Shown in pieces: positions 22,801 through 37,800 of a stretch of 64,000 bases of DNA (its first letter is position 1; each line of letters begins with the position of its first letter). The stretch covers positions 1-64,000 of the forward strand of contig CDROCS010004875.1 of NCBI GenBank assembly GCA_977020255.1, given 5' to 3'. The stretch is from Obrimoposthia wandeli. Taxonomy: Eukaryota. Position numbers and translations under genes: made by a program. The notes below the pieces were generated by a model that saw only the letters and a list, made by a program, of their open reading frames with translations, had not been told where the DNA came from and did not search any database.

Positions 22801-25800
22801 TTGGGACACCTTAAAGCAAATACATACCCTCAAAAGTTCAAATGAACTGAAGAAATTTATCCTTGAAATCTTCAATGATATAACTCTTAACATTATTGAA
22901 ACTTTTCTTTCCAGTTTTAAATACGTTTAAATGAGTAATATGTTTGTGTGATACCAAATAAAGATTCCTCATTTGGATTTTTAAATGATCTTTTAACGAT
23001 TTTAAGTAGGACTCTGTAATTCTCCCGTATATGTGTGAAGCTCATCCTAACAAAGTTAAGTTGCAGCAATGGCAGAATAATATGAAAGAACAGATCCATC
23101 TGTTAGATGGTGAAAAGATTTAATTGATGTAGCCCAGCACATTTATCTAATGTCTATAATTATTTGAAATTATTGTTTACAAATGGACTGATTATCTCAG
23201 ATAATGGGAGATTGCATGACCTCGTTTTGATCCACACTGACAGCCAGGTTTCGGGTACTATTAAGGCATTGATTCTCAATTTAGGCTTCCTAAGCATAAA
23301 TTTGGGTCAATATTATTAACAAAAATGGACTAAATCAATTAAAAAACATATTAATCTTCATCTGAATTAGGACAATAAAAAAACCGAAAAAAACATTAGG
23401 AGAGTTATTTTTAGATAAACCGTTGTGTTGTGTTCATCCTATATTTTGTATGACCTTTAACAAAAAAATTTAATGTGAGTTTTTGTGTATTTTTACTCAA
23501 TTTTTGTACTATTTGATAAACTTTTATTTCTAATAATGTTACACATATACACATCAGACATACTCTAATGGTAAACCTTTCGTAACTAAAATGTTGCATA
23601 AATATTGATGTCTATGAAAATAAACTTTAGTTTTAGAATGAGATCTATCCACCAAGGAAAATCTGACAGCACTAAATGCCCCTAACAATATATAGTCTAA
23701 TAACAAAGGTTTGAGCTGGATGGTGACACTAATGACGAGATTCAAAACCTTCCGGGCTTCTATGTTGGAGAGACGAAGCTCCTGAAACAAAAACTATTAA
23801 ACAATTACAGGTTTGAAAGTCCATGGTTTCAAATGCACATAATCTTCCAACTTGCAATAAGACTAGGTGACAGTTTTTTAAACAGAAAAGGAAGTCATTG
23901 AGTCTACTTTAAGAAAGCAGCAACTCAAGGTTTGAGATGCTGGAACAGTTTCCAGTATGGAAGAACGTTTGAGACAGATGAAAAACAATTGTTGGATGAC
24001 TTGTGAGACGTGTAAAAATATGAAAGAAACCGTTTTAAAAATGTAAAAATGTCGTGGTCTGATAGATACTTTGAAGAAGGTTTCTGTATTATTTTATTTT
24101 AAAAAATTGCAACATAACAAAGTGTGACAAAAATAAACAGCAAATTCAATTTGATGGTATTATTTCATTTTTAACATATTCCCGGCTCTGTCTCGTTAAA
24201 TTACAGGAGAATTATTTAAAGTATTTCACAAAGTTTTTATTATAAAAAGACGTATTTGAGAGATGTTACAACATATTAACACTCAATTGGTTTCGAATTT
24301 GAAATCTTCCATGCTACTTTGTACTTTTCAAATAGGGAAAAGGGTCCCTGATGTTAACGATTTTCTTCATCGGTGACTTTTTAGTCGAAGTTATTCTAAA
24401 AGAATAAATAATAAGCTCAGAATAAATTTTATATTCTATATTAAAAACTATATTTGTTGATTTTAAATATTCAATATTTATAATTTATTACTCAAAAGCA
24501 GTTCATGTTTTCCATTATTTTTTGTAATATTTTCCGAAAATTAAAGTCTTTAGCTGCTTCTAGAAATTTTCAATACTGTTTCTTATATTGATCAGTAAAT
24601 TGTTGGAAAGATTCAGAAAATTCTAATATTCCATCACTCTGTTTTATATTTGAGAACTTCTTATCAAATTTGCAGTCATCATCGTTGCTCTTAAGGTGTA
24701 CATGCTCACTGCATCAGTCTCGAGAAGATCGCATAAATATTTGGACTTTTGTGATAGAAAACGTTTTTGTGATCACTAAAATAATGAATTCAATTTTGAT
24801 ACAGATCGGTAACCAATGGAGTTTGATTATATGTTCCTTTGTACTGTCACTTTTATTTAATTATAATATTATTCTAACAGCATTGTACATTTTGCTTTAT
24901 ATTTTTTGTATCTGAAGTACATGACTACATAACTATGAATTTGATATATGCATGTGTTACACCCCATATGTATAATTGCCTATTACACAAAACGTCCAAT
25001 TTTCATGCATTGTATAGTTCAAGCATTAACATATTTTCAATAAACAACTAATTCTACAGTGACCCTTAACACCACTTACGCTTTAAGCACAAGTAATTTC
25101 TCACAGGCTAAATTATTCTGATGGAACATTTTTGATACCAATACTTTTCACAAACCCATTTCTGGTGGTTTTACACTCCCCAATTAATTGCATACAACGT
25201 TCTAATTTATCTACTATCAACAGGATTCCTTAAAACATTAGATAGACTCCTTAAGCTTCGATCAAATGATGTGAATGAACAGACCATAAAAATAACAGTA
25301 TAATTCCGTTATTACATACACATTTCCATGGTTATAGGCCAAAATTCTATCCATATATACAAAATAATACCCATACTAATTTTCGAACTTTAAAAAGACA
25401 CGTACCATTTTTGTCTAAATTACAAGTCAAAACTGTTAAACTTTAGAAAGTTGTGCCTTTTATTATTTGTTTAATAATTTTTTAAAAATCAGATATTTGA
25501 AGGTCTGAAGTGAGTTTGATTATCATTTTAAAGTAAGTTGAGGTTTTTAAACATTTAAAAATATATTTTCACTGAAATTTTTTATTTTAGTTGTTTAAAT
25601 AAATAAAAAAACAATTAAAAAAATATATAAGCAAATATTATTAGATATTTTTAAAATTATTATTACAACAAAAATGAAAAAATAGCTGAACAATATTTTA
25701 TTGCTAATAGTAAATAGTATATTTTCAAGAGTTTTTTTTCAAAATTTTATAAACAAATTATTTAAATGTGAGTTACGAGGTAGATTCAGGGCCGTCTTAA

Positions 25801-28800
25801 TATTACGAAGCGCCCAGGGCTACACGCAAATTTTTTTTTAAAAAAAAAAGGTTGCATATTTATCCGCTCCAGAAAATAATAAGAATTATACCGGAAACAT
25901 ATCAAAAAGACCTTCTTAAACCGAAAAATATATATGATTTAAAATTTTAAATAAAAGGTTTAAAGTTTTATTTATTTGTTAAACCCAAGTCAACACTTTA
26001 TTATTTGGGTTTAGAATAGCTATCTATTAAAATTCTTTCAAAAGTAATTTCTATTATTTCTAGAGTAAATTTTAAACTACAGGTTTAAAAAATGAACTTG
26101 GGTTGTTTTTACTGCTTTGTATCACGGATATCTCATTCGAAATGTGAAATATTTATTAAGAAATATACACAAACCTAATATAATAAACAAGAAGTTTAAA
26201 TAAAAAAACATTATATTAATATTATATTTAATTAAAACAAAAACAACATAAAACAAATAGAAATTCATTTTTAAAACAAAATATAACAGAAAAACCAAAT
26301 ACAAATCCATTTACATAACAAAAAATAATATTTTCATCTTAAATGTGCTTCTTTCTACATTTCTTTTCTGCGAAGTTTTTAATTATATTTTCTGTATCCA
26401 AACTTCCAAAAAATGATGATTCAATCGATAGAATACTTAAATTATTTAATTTCTGCTCTCCTATTACTGAACGTAGATAGTTTTTTATTCTATTCAACGT
26501 AGAAAAAGATCGTTCGCCACTACAATTTGTAACAGCTACACTGGGTAAAATTCGGAGAGCAGTTGTAACATTTGGAAATGTTGATTCAATACCTGCATCT
26601 ATAATTGTTTTTAAACATAATTCAGATTTTGAAATTGTTTCGTCATATTTAAGGTTGATGTGTCTAAAATGTAAACATTCCTCAATAAAATTATCGTCTA
26701 AATCTCTTGAGTATGTGTTATACAAAATTGCAGATTGCGATCTAATTGTTTGCTCGTCTACTTTCTTTAAATTAGTTAATATTCCAAATTTAGAAAATAT
26801 ATCGTCATAAGCACATTTTCTTCTTCCAATTTCAACAAGGAGTTTGTCTATTACTACATAATACGTTTGTGTACGGAATTCAGTATTTTGATCAAATTCT
26901 TCGCCATCACCTTCACCAAATTGTCTTTTTCTAGTATTTAATCTCTTATGTTTATACTGATAAGATCCACATAATCCGGCACCCTTAATTTTATAATTTT
27001 CGAACTCTTCAATGTTGCGTTTGGATTGTATATACAGTTCTAGTGCGTTATATAATTCAACAATAGTTTCAATATCAATATTAACTTTTTGAAGTGACTT
27101 ATTAGTTTTGTTGATAGTTTCCAAAATATCATTCCAAAAACAAGCATTAAGGTGGATTCGAGTAGTGCTAATTGATTTAATATTCCTTTTGCTTCAAATT
27201 TTGCAGTATACTTTTGCGTAGAATCTTCTGAAATATTTTTTAACGCATTTTTAAAGCACTCGTATCCCATAGATATTGCATTAACAGCGTCAGCTCTTGC
27301 CGACCAACGGGTGTCACTTAATTTCTTTGGAACTTTACATTTTGTTGGTAAATGACTTTTGAGTAATTGCCATCTATATGTTGAAGCTGAGAAAAAATTG
27401 TATAATTCCTGTATCAATAGAAAACCTTGTGGCTTCAATACAACATTCTGCAGCAGATTCTCCTATTAAATTTAGTGAATGAGCCGCACAAGGCACGTAA
27501 ATAGCGAGATTGTTTTTTTCTTTTACACGAGCTTGAAGACCTGTATATACACCTGACATATTGCTAGCAGTATCATAGGACTGCCCTCTACAATCATCTA
27601 GATTAATATCAAAATCTTTCAAAATATTTATAACAGAATCTTCAATTTCTGAACTTTTGTGGCCTACATTTACAACAAACGTTAAAAACCTTTCTACGGC
27701 GATTCCATTGACATTTACATATCTGACTACAATCGTGAGCTGATCGGAATGTGAAATATCAGGAGTTGAATCAATTATTAATGAATAATACTTAGCCTCT
27801 TTTAATTCGGCAATAATAGAACTTCTCACGTGATTTCCTAAAATTTCAATAAATTCGTCGCATATATTTTTTGACAAATATGAAACACTTCCCCGTCCTT
27901 TATTGGCAAAATCTAGTAAATGTTGTTGCAGTAATGGATCAAATTTTGCCAATAATTCAATGCAACCTAAATAATTTCCATTATTTCTTTCTCCAATTGT
28001 CTCGTTGTCCCCACGAAAAGCCAGACCTCTTGAGCTTAAAAATTTTATGACTTCAACTATTCGAAGCAAAATATTTCTCCAATACCTTATTTCATTTAAA
28101 GTCGTATTTTCAAAACTTTTTTAAAATATTGATGATTGTTTAACCTGTTAATATGTGTGCTAATATTTGATTTATGTGCAGATGAGTTTTCATGATCTGT
28201 TATATACTCATTATGTTTCCAGTCATTAAAACCCGTAGTAAAAGAATTACAGATATTACCAAATAATGAGCAAGAAATGCAATAAACTTTTCCTGTTGAT
28301 TTAGAATATATAAGCCAATTTCGTTTCTGCCTTTTACCGTTGGCCAGAATTCGGTAGAATATGGAAATGGTTGCACATCTATTTTGGCCTTTATACGTTA
28401 CTTTAGAGGCATAAAAGTTCAATTTACTAATATCAACATCTGAGATATTATTAATTATTTCTGTTATTTTTTTCAGTTAATTCTTCCCATTTAGCTGGAT
28501 CTTCATAATTCACAAAATCTATAGTATCACTTTCACTTACCACGTTTAGTTCGGAGTTTGGTAAAACGTCAGGGAGCAAATCTTGTTGTATATCCTCTTG
28601 TAGTATTTCTGGATTTTCATGTTCGTATTGCGATTGTTGACTTTCCTGTTGTTGATTTTGAGCTGGATCAGATGAAGTGCTTCCACTTGTTTTTTGTTTG
28701 AAAAAGCTTGTCAACGGTTGAATTTTTTCTAACAATGCATTTTCTTTAGCTTCCTTTTCTTCGTTTAACTTGCGTCTGGCATGACCAGACAATTTTTTTG

Positions 28801-31800
28801 ATTTCCTATCCATACTTAGTCGTATAAAAAACAAATTTAGTAAATATTACTTATACGTAAAAGATTTTAAAATAAGACAAATCATTAACAATCAATAATA
28901 ATTCAAAACTAACCTTTTTATTGTTATTTATTATTGTAAAAAATTTTTAATCAACAAGTTATAAGTAGAATAATTATGTGCATTAATTTATTCAAACGCA
29001 ATTTTTTAAAAATTAATAAAATAAAATCAATAAGAGCTGGTGATTTTTCTAAATACACAAACGTCACAAACAAACACGATAATTTAAAAAAGCAATTGTC
29101 TTCATTTTTCCAGCCTATTCATTTTTCTTTTGAATAAATTTGAAAAAGAAAATAAAGTGTTTTGCAACAGAATTATTTTTTTCTATGATGTCTCATATGT
29201 TTTTCAAAATATTTTAATTTTAGTTTTTAATTTTATATAAATGAGCTTTGCTTTTTACCGTAGATTTATATTGAAAGGATGTAGATTTGAAATCATTTGT
29301 ATTATAGAGAGTTAACTGTATTCCAGACTAGACGACAAAGGATGAATTTAGAGTTTGTTTAAATTCTTGGATTTTGAATTGATTATGATTATTCTAACTT
29401 AGAATTATTTTCATTTCTTCTTTCTATATATCCTGAGAACTTTCTATATATAGGACTTTTTGAACTTCAAACCACATCAGGAATTATGTTCAGGTAGCTT
29501 TATGACCTCATGATAATAACTGTTTATGGACAAATGGATTGCTGTAGGTCCACTTTGAACAGTTTTTGTCACGCATTCGGGCCATTAATTTACACTTCAA
29601 ATCGCCATTACTTCTTTTAAATTCTTTTAATCATTGGCCTTATATAAGGAAGTCACTTTAAAAATATATATTTCAAGGGGAAAGTTAAAGAAACAATAAA
29701 ACTTCCTTATGCAATTTATTTATATAATTTTAAAAAATCAATTTTGTCAACGTATTCTATTTTTTGATCAGCATTTTTTTATCTCCACAAATTCAATTTG
29801 AAATTGACTGATTCTAATATACTGCTAAATGAAAATAAAATAAAAAGTAAAACAGTTAACTGTATTTGACAATTAGATAAGCATAATGTTAATGATTTTA
29901 ATATAATCATTCAATACATCTTAATTAAATTTTAATTTTATTGTTTGGAATTTCTTTCAATTAAATTAAAATTAGATAAACTCAATGTTAAAAGAATATA
30001 ACATTTCAAAGAGCAACTTATGAATAATATTGAAAATAATTAGATTTACTTACTAGATTTCATATAAATTATTTTAAAAGTTCGATTTAAAAATATACGA
30101 AACAAAATACAATCGTTTGTAATTTTTCCCAAACTCTTCCTTAGGAAATAAAGTTAGTTCTCTTTAAGTTTCATAGTTGAAGAATATTTTTTTAAAGGGT
30201 TATTAAATGCGGCCCTTGACGTAAATTATTTAAATTTTGCCATCTAAAAAATGTTATTCCTCTTCTTTGGCACTTGTTAAAAATTCTTCAATAATAATAC
30301 CATATTTTTGACTGATTAAAATAACTGAAAATTCCAAATCATCATATGGCATCGAATATGTTAATATCAAAATATTTTCGAAACACACAGTTAGATTTCC
30401 TATAAAAATAAAACTACAACTTGACTGAAATAATAGAAAATCCCACTAGCTCTTCTACCAGCTTCTTTATTTATTCAACTCCTCCCTACTCATCATTCAA
30501 CTAAGATGGATTTAGAAATCATAAAGATAATCTCTGTTCTATGTCTACAATCTGTGGTGTATCATCATGTGATGGTTTGACATAATATATGATGTTTTAA
30601 TTTGCCTTATATTTCTTGAATCACTAAATCGAAAGATTCTATTTTTCTATTAAGAAGCATAATCTTTAGTTGTACATACTTATTGATATTTGTTTTTGTT
30701 ATTAGCCAACATTTTGAAAAATAGTTACTTTCAGTTATACTCTCAATCTTTACAACAATCTTCCAATGAATATAAGACAGTGTAACGATGTTGAAAAATT
30801 CAAGAAGCAGCTGAAGACTCAGTTATTAAGAATAATAAAAAACAGGAAGCGCATTTGAGTAATAAATCATAAATTCAATATAAATTAGCGCTATATTAAA
30901 TAAATGATTGTTATAAGTTTATTAACAATTTTAAAAATTAAACTTTCATAATAATCAAATAAAAAAGTAAAGTATTATAATTTATTTAAATAATGTTATC
31001 TTAAAGGCAGATTTTTGTGCTAATAGATTCAATAAAATAAAAAACCGAGATTACGATGAGGGCGAAGATGCTGTGATGTTGTATTTGAAACAAGCTCGAA
31101 GTATTAGTGCTCCCATTTCTGGCTCATTTTTCAAGTCCAAAGCTGTCCAAGGCTATCGATAGATATACCATGAAATTATTTTTTGAGTTTTAAGTGGGGA
31201 AACCTTTGAGGTACCTAAACTAACAGCGGAGGAGGGTTAAAAGATTACTGGAAATGATGAACGACAATTTACCAAAATATATGTATAACGGTGATAAAAC
31301 AGGCATATTCTTCCAGATTCTGCTTCCAAAAGCTGGCTTCACCATACATGCTTCAGATCAACGAGGAACCCCATCACATTTGCATTTATTGAACTAGGCG
31401 ATAATTTTGAATATGTTGGTTTGGATTCCAATATAAAAGTCTGTCTCATTCAATCAATATTTGACATCTTCCGTGAAATTCAATCATCACTTCAAATCAA
31501 GCTGAATGTGATTCAAGCAGTTGTGGGAGTATCAAATTAACACTACTATATCAAACTATTCGAGAAGCTAAAGTAGTTTTAAATACATTACAATGATACG
31601 GTGTCGACCGATGTTAGACTTCTTGAATCTATTGGCAAATGAAAATACTGACTTAAGTTTTGAATATTATCTTAATTGTTTTAGATGTTCAATTTTAGTT
31701 TACTATGCTTATAACGAACCAAAAGTATGGTCCTTGGAGTACGTTAAAGTGGGATTTTACTGTACATATAATGGGAAAATATATAGCATTTATTTTAAAT

Positions 31801-34800
31801 AGCTTTGTTTAAACAGTTGCAAAATATTATCTCCAATATTTTAAATTTTACTGAAAACCAAAGGTATACAAATATTATTCTATCGGTTTGATTTTATGAT
31901 TTTTAATACATTATACACATATACACAACACTTTATTTGGCTTCAATCATACTTGACATGCTGTCGTTTAAATCTGCTACGATTATATTTGGAACCGGGT
32001 TTGCTGTTATATGGATCATCAACAAGATCCTAGAGTGAATCCTACAGTTGTAAAGTAAAATATCCAATATTGTTCACAATAATTAAAAGATAATTTTCAT
32101 ACAAAAGTTTTTTTTTCTAATAAAATTATTTTATTCACATGTCCCAAAAGTTACATGAAAATATGTATTTGATCATGCCTACTTATTGAATAGCAAAATG
32201 AAGTTTTGATTTCGATTATTGTATGTACTGTATAATTTCCCGTGATTTTTGAATCCCACTGTCCTTGGTGTTGATGTTCTATTGTCAAAATATCCTCATG
32301 AAATTTGTCATCGTGTTCATCAGACATACCCCCTAAGTTGTCGGGGAAGAATTTTAAAAAAATGAGAAAATTTGAATCCCATAGCTTTGTAATGTTTCAG
32401 AAGATCGTTTACTATGTCACGGCAGTTGGCTGATTTACAATGTCGTCCTAATGTCGTCCAACTCGCATTGACTATTTCCCTGATCTGAGGGTCGTTAAAT
32501 AAACCGGCGGTGAATTAGGCAAATCATGTTTGGGAACTTCATTTGCAGATATGGAAAAGTAGGTTGATGGCTTTCACAATTTTGTTCATTCAAACCCGAG
32601 GGTGCATGCAGAGTGTTTAATAGCACCAAGAGTAAACTATTTTCACATTGACCATATTTTAATTGTAGAGAAACTGGCAAAATTTATATGGGTTATATAG
32701 GAATTGAACAATTGTGACAATAAGCAAAAATGAATGTCGCGAATTATAACCGATCAGAAATACGCATACTTGTTTTTAAACCATAATCCGGAAGAAAAGA
32801 CTACTTGTACTACAATTCTCAGGAATTTGAGAGAAAAATAGACTCAATTAAATAATGTATTGTTACAAAATTAAAAATTCCATTACTAAAATGAAAGTTT
32901 ATTAATAACTTTACGATTTTAAGATATCTGTTGTGTTTAAATGTGCCTGTCGATTTGACGTTTTAATAAAATTAATTTGTTAATTTACTTATTATTATTT
33001 ATCGATCTACGACATCGACAATGAATTGGTAGCCCAGCCGCAAATATTGATGAAAACAATAAAGTAGAAATTTAAAAACAAATCAATTACATTCATTCTC
33101 GTTGCCGAGCCAAATTTGCCATATCAACGTACAATATACAAATCAACTTTGTTTTACTTGAGTTTTTCTGTGTTAACCCATCCAACATCTAATATCAGAA
33201 TATAAAATGTCATCATTCACATCTGCTAAATAACTGTAAAAACAGCGAACTTTTAAAATAAAATTTATTAAAATGCTCGTAAATAGAAAGAAAGTCAAAC
33301 CCAACTAGATTTGAAAGAATTATTTCCAACAATTATGCATGTAAGTTATACTAATAAATAAAATATACTAATATTTTTCATATAAATAAAATGAAGTTAA
33401 TAATAATAATACTTGAATAATTTTGAAATTAATTAATTTATTTACCAAATATTTAACTCTTAAAATAGTTTATTTTTTGTTCAAATTCAAAATTATATTT
33501 ATTCTATTGGCAGTATTTCTTAGTGAATTTTAATTTTTTCTAATAGAAATAAAATGAAATAGGTCACCTATTTTATTATTTTATATTTAATATTTACCAG
33601 AAAATGTATTAAATATATATGTTAATTAGACATTAGTTATGAAAATCTTTCCAATGTATGAATGTAATGTAATTAGATTTTAAGAAATTTATTTCATTAA
33701 ATAAATTACAATTAATGTTATTTATTCTAAATAAGTAAAATTGAACATTTATTTCTCTATCATTCAAAAATTAATTTGTATTAAGTTTATTAATATGCTA
33801 TTAAAAGGCTATCAAGTATAAAATAAATGAAATATATTGAAAATGTAGGCATAAATTTAAAATAAATATATATATTTAATATAAATTTATATATTTAGAG
33901 ATAATGCATAAAGATAGTATTAATATTTTATTAGAAACATATAAATTTTATACATCATTGTAAGCCGAGGCAGTTCACGCATTCGACGGCCGATTACATA
34001 AAAGTTAGAAGTAAATCTTCTTTTGGTGTACTTTTATTTTTCATTTTCCATATTTTGGACCATAAAAACATTTACAAAACATTTCTCCATGAATAAGAAT
34101 GTTTTGAAAATAAATATCGCCTTCTTCGTCCGCTTTTCAGTGGTTATATATTCAAGCTACATATTGACCAATTAAAATGATTAAAAAACAATAATTAAAA
34201 AAACATATGACTATTTTAATGCATATGGATTATTATCATACAAAATGTATTCCAAAAATTTCTAAACTTTTTTTAATGATTTTACACATAAAATTGAGAT
34301 AGAAAATAAGTTTAAACTTCTTTGAATAAATTGTTTTAATAATACTTAATTATTGTTTAAATAATACTTAATTATTTTTATGAGTTTAATTTAAAAGTAA
34401 TGAATACGTTCGAATACTGCCATTCTATTTAAAGTTACATTTTTAATTAACTTAAATAAGTACATAATTAAAAATATTGCAGACTTCAAAAAATAGTATT
34501 CCTGGGTTTCTTTGTCAATTGATATATTTAGCATAAAATTCTTTTGAATAAGATTAAGGGATCCATCTTGGAATTAATCCCATGTTAATCATTTTGAATA
34601 TTTATTGAAACTCTAATTTTCAAAATTAAATTAAAAAATGAACCAAAGTAAGAATATCGAGTTCGGTAATAGATAATTTTTTTGATCTTTTTTATTATAA
34701 TTCATTAGGAAATTTCTGATTCAGGATGGGATTAGTTATAAAACGGGATGGATTATGAACATTTATGCTGAAATATTTGACAATTTGAAACCGTGATGTT

Positions 34801-37800
34801 TACTATGTTTGTCCCACTCACACGAACGAAGAGAAGTTGCCATTGGCGATGGCGGATAACAGCGACTCAGTTAGTTTGAGTATTTCCTGCTTCCGGTCTG
34901 TCAGGTCATCAGATTCATGTTAACTTTGTGACAAAAAATCAATAGCCAACTCATTATAGGCAGTGTTGAGTAAAAACAAGTTATGATGGGTAATAGCTAA
35001 TTACACAGCATTCAATTATATAAATTTTAAAAAAAATTTAAGTATTTCTGCAAATTTTATGAAACTTTATAAATAGTACTGACCTTAATTGGAAATGTCA
35101 TTCAACGGTTATTGTGAAAATACATCCCAAAAACATTCCTAAATGACATCGTTTCTCTACATGTTTGAAAATGTAAATATTGCATCCAAAGTCAAAAGTT
35201 TTATTTATATTGAATATTAGTCACAATTATATTAGAACGGTTAGAAAAGTTCACATTTTTAGTTTCCTTCTACTTTGTTTCGACATTTTGTTATTTTATT
35301 ATTATAATAAAACACATTCATATTCATCTCAATTGTTGGTCGTATATTTATTACCGAGGATTTTGAATAGCATAAAATAAAATTCTCTACGTAACACTCG
35401 CAAATTTGAAACTATTTTGAGCAATGAAATAATGTTGTAAAATGGAACTAGTTGATTAATTGAACAATAACTTAGGACACTGTAGATAGGCTCAAAAACA
35501 AAGCCTGATTAATGGTTACCTAAAAGAAAAATATATTTTCACCCAATTTTCGACTTTTCTAACAAGATCCAAGTTACAGAATTGATTATGTGCTAACACA
35601 AATTTTTATTTTACAACAAAAACGTTATTATTTTGGCTAAAATTACAAAGGAAATATAATTTAGTGACAACGACTGATTTCATTGATATTTATTGTTTAG
35701 GCAGAAAATATTTAATTTACGAGTCAACAAAGTTTATATCTTAATGTGTTTTAAATGCCAAACAGCTTATAAAAGAAATTCGTTAAAAAATGTTAAGAAT
35801 AAAAATATATTTTCAAATTTCTGAATCAAAATATGATTTCTTCTAATTAATAAAATTTACCCTTTTATTTTTATTTTATATTACAGTTTGACTAAAAAGC
35901 TTAATGTAATTTAAGAAAAGTAGGTAGAAGGATGGAGTCTAGACCACTTGACCCCCCCCCTAAAGGGTGACATACCATAAGGATGTCTCGCCACACCATA
36001 AGGGTATATGTTGCCTCACCTCCGGTGACCCAACATATACCCTTATGGTATGACACCCTTTAGGAGGAGGCGGGGAGGGGAGGGGTAGCGGGGAGGGGTC
36101 AAGTGATCTAGACTCCATCCTTCTTTGATATACCACTATGGTCATCCATAGTTTAAAGGGTCAAGTGGCTTAGTCTCCACCCTTCTTTTTGAGATATACC
36201 ACTATGAAAGGGTCAAGTGGCTTAGTCTCCACCCTTCTTTTTGAGATATACCACTATGAAAGGGTCAAGTGGCTTAGTCTCCACCCTTCTTTTTGAGATA
36301 TACCACTATGAAAGGGTCAATTGGCTTAGTCTCCACCCTTCTTTTAGTGATCTAGTCTCCACCCTTCTTTTTGGTTAACCACTAATTCAAAGGGTCAAGT
36401 GGCTTAGTCTCCACCCTTCTTTTTTGTGATCTAGTCCATAATGAAAATTTAGGATAAAGTTCACACTTATCAATTAAGAAATGTGGTTTTTAACACACAC
36501 ATACACTATTTTATGTGAAATTTAAACTAAAGTTCACTCTTATAAGTTAATGAATGTATTACGTAATCACACACATACTATTTTATGTGAAATTTAGATC
36601 AAAGTTTTTCCTAGGCTTTCACATTTATAGAATTATGATAAAATTTCTTTAAATAACTTCAATTATATATTAAAATAAAAAATAAAATAAGAAAGAAGTC
36701 AGAGAATAATACAAAATTAAACACATTTATTATGTAATTTCATAATATCATCTTCAAACTTAAGTGAATAACATTTACAAAGTAAGAAAGTCCATTCTTT
36801 ATACATTCTTTTCGTTTCAACGACTAAGTTACAACGGAATTAATAGAAAATTAGTAAAAAATATTAATTTATTTGAATATTTGAATGAGAGTTTGAATAA
36901 ATGAGAGGTAGAATGAATGTAAATGAATAAAATTATGCATGCAAGTATGAATGTCATTTACAAGTAAGAGTCTTAGCAAGTGAATGTAATTTTAAAAAAA
37001 AATAAGAGTGTCGATAGTTTGATTGAATGCAAGTGTAATTTAGACTATAAGTAAATTAAAATAGAGTTTTCGTTGAATAAATTATAGTTAGATTGAATGC
37101 AAGTATGACGAGCAAGTGAATGATAGTTTGAATTTCAATACAAGTAAGCGGGTTTAGCAAGTGAATGTAATTTTAAAAATAAGAGTGTCGATAGTTTGAT
37201 TGAATGCAAGTGTAATTTAGACTATAAGTAAATTAAAATAGAGTTTTCGTTGAATAAATTATAGTTAGATTGAATGCAAGTATGACGAGCAAGTGAATGA
37301 TAGTATGAATTTCAATACAAGTATGAATGTAATTTAAAAATAAGTGTCGATTTTGATTGAATGCAAGTGTAATTTAGACAAGTAAATTAAAATAGAGTTT
37401 TCAGTGATTGAATGTATGACGAGCAAGTGAGTATGAATTTCAAGTGAAAGTGAATAATTTTAAAAATAAGAGTGTCGATAGTTTGATTGAATGCAAGTGT
37501 AATTTAGACTATAAGTAAATTAAAATAGAGTTTTCGTTGAATAAATTATAGTTAGATTGAATGCAAGTATGACGAGCAAGTGATTGATAGTATGAATTTC
37601 AATACAAGTAAGTGGGTTTAGCAAGTGAATATAATTAAAAAAAATAAGAGTGTCGATAGTTTGATTTTTTAAATTACTTGATATTTTTTGTCATTGTCCG
37701 TTTAATATAATATGAATATTCAATTTATTTCTTCAAAAATTCATTTTATATGTTAAATAATATTCTTTATCACATTATTGTGGTTTTTATCAAGTTATTT

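Noticed and set aside
23554-23790. Extra or alternative CaMKII exon with a good acceptor at about 23782
   Set aside because: No similarity to CaMKII; in the required phase it stops after six codons; no clear donor. Cannot be supported without RNA data.
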